A stretch of DNA of 20,000 nt from an uncultured virus (IMG/VR IMGVR_UViG_3300042453_004077) (taxonomy: Duplodnaviria; Heunggongvirae; Uroviricota; Caudoviricetes): IMG/VR virus record IMGVR_UViG_3300042453_004077; one strand, given 5' to 3'. Position numbers and translations under genes: made by a program. Position 1 is the stretch's first letter. Every line of letters begins with the position of its first letter. Shown in pieces: positions 15,224 to 20,000 of this stretch. A model generated the notes under the pieces. That model saw only the letters and a program-made list of their open reading frames with translations. It made no database searches and was not told where the DNA came from.

Positions 15224-15402
15224 TCTGTCTTCCCTGCGTTAGCAAAGTCGAGACCGACGGATGCTTCATAGAAACCATCGTTGTCAAGCTCGACCACCGC
15301 CGTTACTACTTTCACTCCAGTGTCATTTTCAAACGCTTGAAGCACTGCAATGAGATGATCTTCGAGCTGTTCAAGCTTGACATTGAATTCTTCAACGGTC
15401 AT
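15220..15402 (-). CDS. Hypothetical protein (60 aa)
   Basis: ATGA overlaps at both ends. Confidence 0.75.
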   Translation of the reverse strand: MTVEEFNVKLEQLEDHLIAVLQAFENDTGVKVVTAVVELDNDGFYEASVGLDFANAGKTE

Positions 15403-15665
15403 GCAACCCCCTTAGCAGAATCGAGCTTGTAATGATTGTCGTAGAAGATGACCACCTTTTGGTTTTTCTCCCCTTCCGAAAAGCACAAGCTTTTGCCAGG
15501 GAGGGGCCAGTCTTCTAAAAGGCGAATGTCACTGATGCCTTCAGTGGAAGTCTCTTCATAGCCTTCTTCAAGAGCAGTCTCTTCAAAGGCAAGAAGCACT
15601 TCGGCATTATTGCCTGCCTGGTGACGAGCTTTCTCCAGGGTGTCAATCAGAATGCCAAGTTTCAT
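15399..15665 (-). CDS. Hypothetical protein, paralog of the upstream gene
   Basis: MKL..L...KA...G...EV, RLL...LPGKSL, IFYD. Confidence 0.75.
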   Translation of the reverse strand: MKLGILIDTLEKARHQAGNNAEVLLAFEETALEEGYEETSTEGISDIRLLEDWPLPGKSLCFSEGEKNQKVVIFYDNHYKLDSAKGVA

Positions 15666-15668
15666 GAT

Positions 15669-15911
15669 TCAATCCTCGTAAAAAATGCAAGCAAAGCGAG
15701 AAACTGGAGTACTGGAATCCTCGTCCTCTTCTTTATCCAAGGATTCACCGGGGAGAGAGCCAGATCTGCTTAAGATGCGAAGCTTGACCGAATACATTTC
15801 TTCAGGGCTATCCACGTCAAAAGCATAGTCTTGGCTAAATGCGCCCACTTCCATGTCGCCATACTTTTCGATGGCTTTGTCGCACAATGCGCGGAGCTTA
15901 GAGAGTTTCAT
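15669..15911 (-). CDS. Hypothetical protein, paralog of the downstream gene
   Basis: MKL..L...KA...G..EV, RIL...LPGESL, IFYED. Confidence 0.75.
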   Translation of the reverse strand: MKLSKLRALCDKAIEKYGDMEVGAFSQDYAFDVDSPEEMYSVKLRILSRSGSLPGESLDKEEDEDSSTPVSRFACIFYED

Positions 15912-16125
15912 TAGAAGAAAGAGAAAAGTCAGTCACTTCAGGCCACACTTCATCGGCAAGGGTGAAGCGGCCTTCGGAAAGATGCTGGCAGCGTATCAAG
16001 CGCTCAACAGTTTCGCTTTTGGAAATGCCGGCTTCTTGCGCCAATCGGCACAGATGCTCATGAGCTTGGTCCGAAAGCGTAAAGTGGCGACGCTTTTTGC
16101 CGCCTTCGTAGGGGCTTTTGGGCAA
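15898..16125 (-). CDS. Ribbon-helix-helix (CopG-like) DNA-binding protein
   Basis: KRRHFTLSDQAHEHLCRLAQEAGISKSETVERLIR fits the RHH pattern; first gene of the leftward operon. Confidence 0.8.
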   Translation of the reverse strand: MPKSPYEGGKKRRHFTLSDQAHEHLCRLAQEAGISKSETVERLIRCQHLSEGRFTLADEVWPEVTDFSLSSNETL

Positions 16126-16149
16126 TGGCTGCCTGCGAGGGACTTCCTG

Positions 16150-16177
16150 ACTTTAGGCCCACAATGCCCCTGCGCAA
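16150..16177 (-). promoter_or_regulatory. Leftward promoter (RHH/recombination operon)
   Basis: Minus strand TTGCGC, 16-nt spacer, TAAAGT (16155-16150); 24 nt before TTG 16125. Confidence 0.5.
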
Positions 16178-16234
16178 GGCTTTCTCTGATTAGTGCTCCT
16201 TATGGCTCGTGCATTAAGCCATTAGGCACTCTGC

Positions 16235-16263
16235 TTGCAGCTAGTGGTCAGGACTGCCATGAT
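16235..16263 (+). promoter_or_regulatory. Rightward promoter (primase-helicase)
   Basis: TTGCAG (16235-16240), 17-nt spacer, CATGAT (16258-16263) with extended TGn. Confidence 0.55.
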
Positions 16264-16290
16264 AGAGGGCGCTTCCCCTTCTGCCGCTGA

Positions 16291-18270
16291 ATGGCGTTTT
16301 CCATCCTCGACCACCTCGAACAGCTTGAAGCCAGCAACGAACCCCAGAAGTTCCTTTGCCCAGCTTGCGGCGGCAACGACTTCACCGTGAACAAGGTGAC
16401 GGGCGGCTACAACTGCTGGCACGATCCATCGCCCATGCACAGAGCCGAGATCAGGGATGCGCTTGCCCCTCTTTCCCGATGGGAGAAGCCACCTCGTGAA
16501 GCAGGCCTTCATCATTTCTCTTATTACAACAACGAAGCCAAGGAAGTAGTTGTTGTCCATCGTGACGATTCTTCTGGCTCAAAGCGCATTTGGCAAGATT
16601 TCCCAACGATCAAAGGCGACCAAAATCACAAAACACAGCTTCAGGAAGTAAAGGCAAACGTGCTGCCTTTTCGGTACAAAGAAGCGATGGAGAAGAGTGA
16701 TAAAACTGGACTGCCCATTTTCATCGTTGAAGGAGAGCTCACTTGCCAGGCAGTGTGGGCGCTTGACATTCCTTGCGTGACCTTCCTTGGAGGCAGCAAG
16801 CAATACCGCACTAACGGAGACTATTCAGGCCTATTCCGTAACAAGCAAGTGGTGCTCTGTCCTGATAGGGACCAGCAAGGCGTTGCATTCATGGCGGAAG
16901 TGGCCACGGACAATCCTGGAGCTCAGTGGCTCTATGCCGACCCTCGCAGTTGGGAGTGGGACAATTTACCGCCAGGCAATGGCTATGACCTTGCTGACTA
17001 CATTGAAGAGGGCGTCACTAAAGACGACTTGCTTGCTTCCATTGGTCCTTGTCGTCACAAAGGACGAGATGGCAAGCCTTCGTACGAAGAAATTGTTTCC
17101 ACCATTGAGAATTTTGTTGGCCTCTATGCCAATGATGCTCGCGTGGCTTACGAAACCGTGCTGTGGATGGAACAGCATGGCTTGAAAATGAGCCAGCAAA
17201 ACATTGACAGAATCATTGACGAGGCAAAAGCTCGCATTTACGGCAGGGAAGAAATTGAAACTATTGACGCCCTTACCATCGCAGGCTCTGACAAAGCCAG
17301 GGAATGGTTGATTGCTGGCATCATCCCCCTGGGAAGCGTGATGCTACTGGCCGCGTCAGGAGGCACCGGCAAGAGCACCGTTGCTTACAACTGGGCTCTC
17401 AACGTGGCTCTGGGGCAGCCATGGAGCGGCAGAAGGTGCATGAAGGGCAAGAGCCTCATCATCCAAAGCGACGAGCCTCTTGTGGACACCAGCGAGAAGC
17501 TGGGCGTGATTGGCTATGAAGATGCAGGGATTACTCCTGGCACCATTAGTTTCTGGGAGAACTGGCGCTTTGCCCATATGAAGCAGCTTGAGGACCACGT
17601 GAGGAAGCATCGTCCTTTGTTCGTCGCCATTGACTCTCTCACTGCTTGCCTTGCTGGCATGAACGTGGATCTGATCAAGAGCAACGCAGGCGATGTGATT
17701 TACGGCCTCAGGGACATTGCCAACACCTATCGCTGTTCCATTCTCATTCTTCACCATTTGAACAAGAGCGGAGGCCTGCGTGATTCCACAAGCTTTGTTG
17801 ACAACGTCAGTGAAGTTGTGAAGCTCACTCGCGACGAGCAAAACTACGACCCCAATCAATTCACCCTCGAATGGTTAAAGAGCAGGAGTGGCCTCACTGG
17901 TAAGCATTCATTGCAGCGTGATGCCCTCAACTATGGCTGGCGTTACACGGGGCCGATGGGTGGAAGCCTGGAAGAACTTGACAGGGTGGTCAATGCCATC
18001 AGCATGCGCAAGACCGAGCGTTTCACCAAACAGCAGGCTTCCATGCTTTCTGGCAGCTTTGACACTGCCTCCACTGGTAAGATGCTCGAAGTGGCCAGGC
18101 GTCAAGGCTTGATCACTAGCAGTTTCGTGAATGGTCCCAATGGAGAGAAGCAGCGTCTTTATCATGCTTGGGAATGGGAAGAAAGCATGGACGACGATGG
18201 CCCCTTCGTTCCGTCCGCTCCCATTGTCTCTCCTGCCACAGAAGAGCCCTCAATTGACGATATTTTCTAG
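16291..18270 (+). CDS. Primase-helicase: Zn finger + TOPRIM + AAA_25/RepA-like SF4 helicase
   Basis: CPACG...YNCWH; IFIVEGE, CPDRDQQG, DLADY; Walker A ASGGTGKS, Walker B FVAIDSL, ILILHHLNK; acidic tail IDDIF. Confidence 0.92.
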   Translation: MAFSILDHLEQLEASNEPQKFLCPACGGNDFTVNKVTGGYNCWHDPSPMHRAEIRDALAPLSRWEKPPREAGLHHFSYYNNEAKEVVVVHRDDSSGSKRIWQDFPTIKGDQNHKTQLQEVKANVLPFRYKEAMEKSDKTGLPIFIVEGELTCQAVWALDIPCVTFLGGSKQYRTNGDYSGLFRNKQVVLCPDRDQQGVAFMAEVATDNPGAQWLYADPRSWEWDNLPPGNGYDLADYIEEGVTKDDLLASIGPCRHKGRDGKPSYEEIVSTIENFVGLYANDARVAYETVLWMEQHGLKMSQQNIDRIIDEAKARIYGREEIETIDALTIAGSDKAREWLIAGIIPLGSVMLLAASGGTGKSTVAYNWALNVALGQPWSGRRCMKGKSLIIQSDEPLVDTSEKLGVIGYEDAGITPGTISFWENWRFAHMKQLEDHVRKHRPLFVAIDSLTACLAGMNVDLIKSNAGDVIYGLRDIANTYRCSILILHHLNKSGGLRDSTSFVDNVSEVVKLTRDEQNYDPNQFTLEWLKSRSGLTGKHSLQRDALNYGWRYTGPMGGSLEELDRVVNAISMRKTERFTKQQASMLSGSFDTASTGKMLEVARRQGLITSSFVNGPNGEKQRLYHAWEWEESMDDDGPFVPSAPIVSPATEEPSIDDIF

Positions 18271-18294
18271 ACTGGTGCAACATGCTTTTGAGCA

Positions 18295-18426
18295 ATGAAA
18301 ATCATTTGGCAAGACGAGCAAGGCCCTTCTTTTGAAGAGGGGCCTTCTTTTGTGCAACAAAAAGCCCCCCAGCAGGAGGGCAATGAAACAATGGAAGAGG
18401 AAATTACCGAGGAGAGCTTTTCTTAA
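18295..18426 (+). CDS. Possible small acidic protein (43 aa; not in ORF track)
   Basis: MKIIWQDEQGPSFEEGPSFVQQKAPQQEGNETMEEEITEESFS; ATG 21 nt after TAGACT. It contains a terminator-like hairpin. Confidence 0.4.
   Translation: MKIIWQDEQGPSFEEGPSFVQQKAPQQEGNETMEEEITEESFS
18320..18351 (+). terminator. Terminator-like hairpin after the primase-helicase
   Basis: AAGGCCCTTCTT-TTG-AAGAGGGGCCTT followed by CTTTT. Confidence 0.55.
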
Positions 18427-18562
18427 GGCTATTCCAACGCTGTCGCTCAAGGGCCTTTTCTTCGGCGCGTTGTTTCCCATAGAGCCAGGCAGTTGTTGAC
18501 TGTCCTGGCTTTGGGCCGTTGCGAGGAAGACGAATGATCTTAGGCTCTTCGGGAAGGGTCAT
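18404..18562 (-). CDS. Hypothetical protein (52 aa; not in ORF track)
   Basis: MTLPEEPKIIRLPRNGPKPGQSTTAWLYGKQRAEEKALERQRWNSLKKSSPR; ATGA overlap with the upstream stop. Confidence 0.65.
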   Translation of the reverse strand: MTLPEEPKIIRLPRNGPKPGQSTTAWLYGKQRAEEKALERQRWNSLKKSSPR

Positions 18563-18774
18563 GAGAAGAAGTCGTTTTCAAAGGAAGATTGTCTTTGCTC
18601 ATTGGCTCTCACCACTTCAGTAGGGTGAGGAAGCTTGAGGGCAATACGGAAGGTGTCGTTTTCAAAAGCAAGCATACGCACTAAGTCAATAGTGGTGATG
18701 CTGCAGTCTGGGAAGCGAGGCGCGACGATTTCGACGATCTCCAAATAGGCGCGTTTGTAGTCCATTTCTTCCAT
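18559..18774 (-). CDS. Hypothetical protein (71 aa)
   Basis: MEEMDYKRAY...; TAATG overlap with the upstream gene. Confidence 0.7.
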   Translation of the reverse strand: MEEMDYKRAYLEIVEIVAPRFPDCSITTIDLVRMLAFENDTFRIALKLPHPTEVVRANEQRQSSFENDFFS

Positions 18775-19076
18775 TATTGGCCCTCCAGCTCGGCGGCGAT
18801 GGCGAAAAGTTCTTCGCGAGTGTCTTGCTGAGCGGTCCAAGTTGCCTCTTCCCAGCTATCCGGGTCCGTGGGCTTCCGACGCTGCGGCACCACCTGATCC
18901 GCAGCAGCTCGCAGGGCGGCAGCAACGCCTCGGCGGTCTACGCACTGGACGCAGCCGTTCCACCCAGAGTCGCTCGGGTGACATGGAGGATCGTTGACGG
19001 CGCTCCACTCAAACAGGCAGCGTTCTTTTGCTTGGGCAGTGATCACCGCTTGAGCAGCGGGGGAGAGATCAGTCAT
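18774..19076 (-). CDS. Hypothetical protein (100 aa), MTD array
   Basis: MTDLSPAAQAV...AAALRAAADQVVP...ELFAIAAELEGQ. Confidence 0.78.
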   Translation of the reverse strand: MTDLSPAAQAVITAQAKERCLFEWSAVNDPPCHPSDSGWNGCVQCVDRRGVAAALRAAADQVVPQRRKPTDPDSWEEATWTAQQDTREELFAIAAELEGQ

Positions 19077-19257
19077 TGAGGCCATTGAGATACTCATTTT
19101 GTGAAATTGTTGGCAGTGGATCACCAAGTGCTTCAAGTGCGCAGAGCATGCACCAGTGCCCCTCGTGACCTTTGATGTTGCTTGCGATGGTGTGCGGGTG
19201 TGTTCCATGCTTGGGGCAGATCACACCAAGTCCTTCCCAGAAAGAAAAATCAGTCAT
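19069..19257 (-). CDS. Small Zn-binding protein (62 aa), MTD array
   Basis: MTDFSFW...CPKHG...WCMLC. Confidence 0.72.
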   Translation of the reverse strand: MTDFSFWEGLGVICPKHGTHPHTIASNIKGHEGHWCMLCALEALGDPLPTISQNEYLNGLND

Positions 19258-19601
19258 TGATTCCCCCAGCGGATGAGGACGGCGCGGGCGTATTCCAGTG
19301 CCGTATGGTTCAGGCAAACCCGGAAGATGCCCGGCTTGACCTGACCACCAGTCGCATCGCTGCAGACCTGAGCCGCGTAGCTGAACTCGTCCCGCATGGT
19401 TTCGGGCATCAGTTCCAACAGCTCATCGTCTGTTGGCTCGGGCTTGGTGTTCTGCTTGAGAAACTCCACCATCAACCGATGAGCTTCGCCCGCGTCAGCA
19501 ATGAACTGGCCGCGATAGTGAAAGCCTTCTTTGTCGAGGCGCAATACCTCTTCAGTTGGTGGAGAACAGAACTTAATGCAGTTGGCGGGATGGTCAGTCA
19601 T
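19254..19601 (-). CDS. Hypothetical protein (115 aa), MTD array
   Basis: MTDHPANC...EEVLRLDKEGFHYRG...EPTDDELLEL...YARAVLIRWGNQ. Confidence 0.75.
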   Translation of the reverse strand: MTDHPANCIKFCSPPTEEVLRLDKEGFHYRGQFIADAGEAHRLMVEFLKQNTKPEPTDDELLELMPETMRDEFSYAAQVCSDATGGQVKPGIFRVCLNHTALEYARAVLIRWGNQ

Positions 19602-19905
19602 GAGAACAATACCGAGGGTGGAGGTTGCCGTGTTCATCGGTGAAGCCGGCTTCATGCAGAAACCGCCGAGCGGCTTCCTTGTCGCCAGCCAAGGCGCGAT
19701 CGAGCAGGGTTGGAGCGGTGAGTTCAGCGGCAAACTCTTCAAGGGTGTCAACTGTAACCCCGTGCCAACACTCGTCACCATCGCTGTAGTTATCCCAGGT
19801 AACGGCCAGGTGCAGCAGCACATTGGCAATGCCCTCGCGAACGCTTTCGCCTTCCTCAAACTCTTCGATCAGACGCTGAGCGCGGGAGGTGAGATGGTCA
19901 GTCAT
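19594..19905 (-). CDS. Hypothetical protein (103 aa), MTD array
   Basis: MTDHLTSRAQRLI...GIANVL...FAAELTAP. Confidence 0.75.
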   Translation of the reverse strand: MTDHLTSRAQRLIEEFEEGESVREGIANVLLHLAVTWDNYSDGDECWHGVTVDTLEEFAAELTAPTLLDRALAGDKEAARRFLHEAGFTDEHGNLHPRYCSHD

Positions 19906-20000
19906 CGGATGCTACCTACAAATAAACCAACGATAAAACCAAAAAAGAAAAGCAGAAAAAGAAGTGAATCAAGTTTTTCAAGTGTTAGTTGATCAGTCAT
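19902..20000 (-). CDS. Small single-TM protein (32 aa; not in ORF track), MTD array
   Basis: MTDQLTLEKLDSLLFLLFFFGFIVGLFVGSIR. The ATG is at the window edge, so the ORF could extend further. Confidence 0.6.
   Translation of the reverse strand: MTDQLTLEKLDSLLFLLFFFGFIVGLFVGSIR

Noticed and set aside
18774..19859. Long upstream extensions of array ORFs in the track (starts 18840, 19208, 19317, 19859)
   Set aside because: They overlap neighbouring genes extensively. The internal ATGs that overlap upstream stops give a perfectly tiled operon.
19920..19980. A-rich tract as an origin or terminator
   Set aside because: It is explained by Phe/Leu codons of the minus-strand TM peptide at 19902-20000.
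1..20000. tRNA/rRNA genes, integrase, transposase, alternative genetic code
   Set aside because: No cloverleaf or rRNA-like segment or recombinase motif was seen by eye. Genes tile well under the standard code with all three stop codons in use.

Overview
A 20-kb segment of a tailed dsDNA phage genome, most likely a picocyanobacterial (Synechococcus/Cyanobium-type) phage. The host is inferred from gene-family style only. Left to right: the end of one tail-fibre gene; a 1271-aa repeat-built tail fibre with a C-terminal S74 chaperone; a separately promoted cassette of three tiny ORFs; several small or structural genes; an inverted lysis cassette (two holin-like genes, a GH73 + L,D-transpeptidase-like endolysin, an accessory gene); an HNH nuclease; a nucleotide module (DUF3310/gp1.7-like, variant ThyX, Dcd-family protein); a recombination module (SSB-like, PD-(D/E)XK exonuclease, Sak3/DUF1071 annealase); an RHH regulator divergent from a primase-helicase; and a translationally coupled array of small genes. 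The most notable observations are: (1) a likely programmed -1 frameshift (A_AAA_AAG + stop + hairpin) extending the Sak3-like annealase by 39 aa; (2) five consecutive genes that all begin with ATGACTGAY; (3) a recurrent AGTC..CACT motif at the 3' ends of small accessory ORFs; (4) -10 hexamers at a near-constant 20-27 nt before many start codons; (5) a Dcd with its catalytic Glu replaced by His; (6) a possible NblA-like protein. All family calls are by eye and no searches were run.
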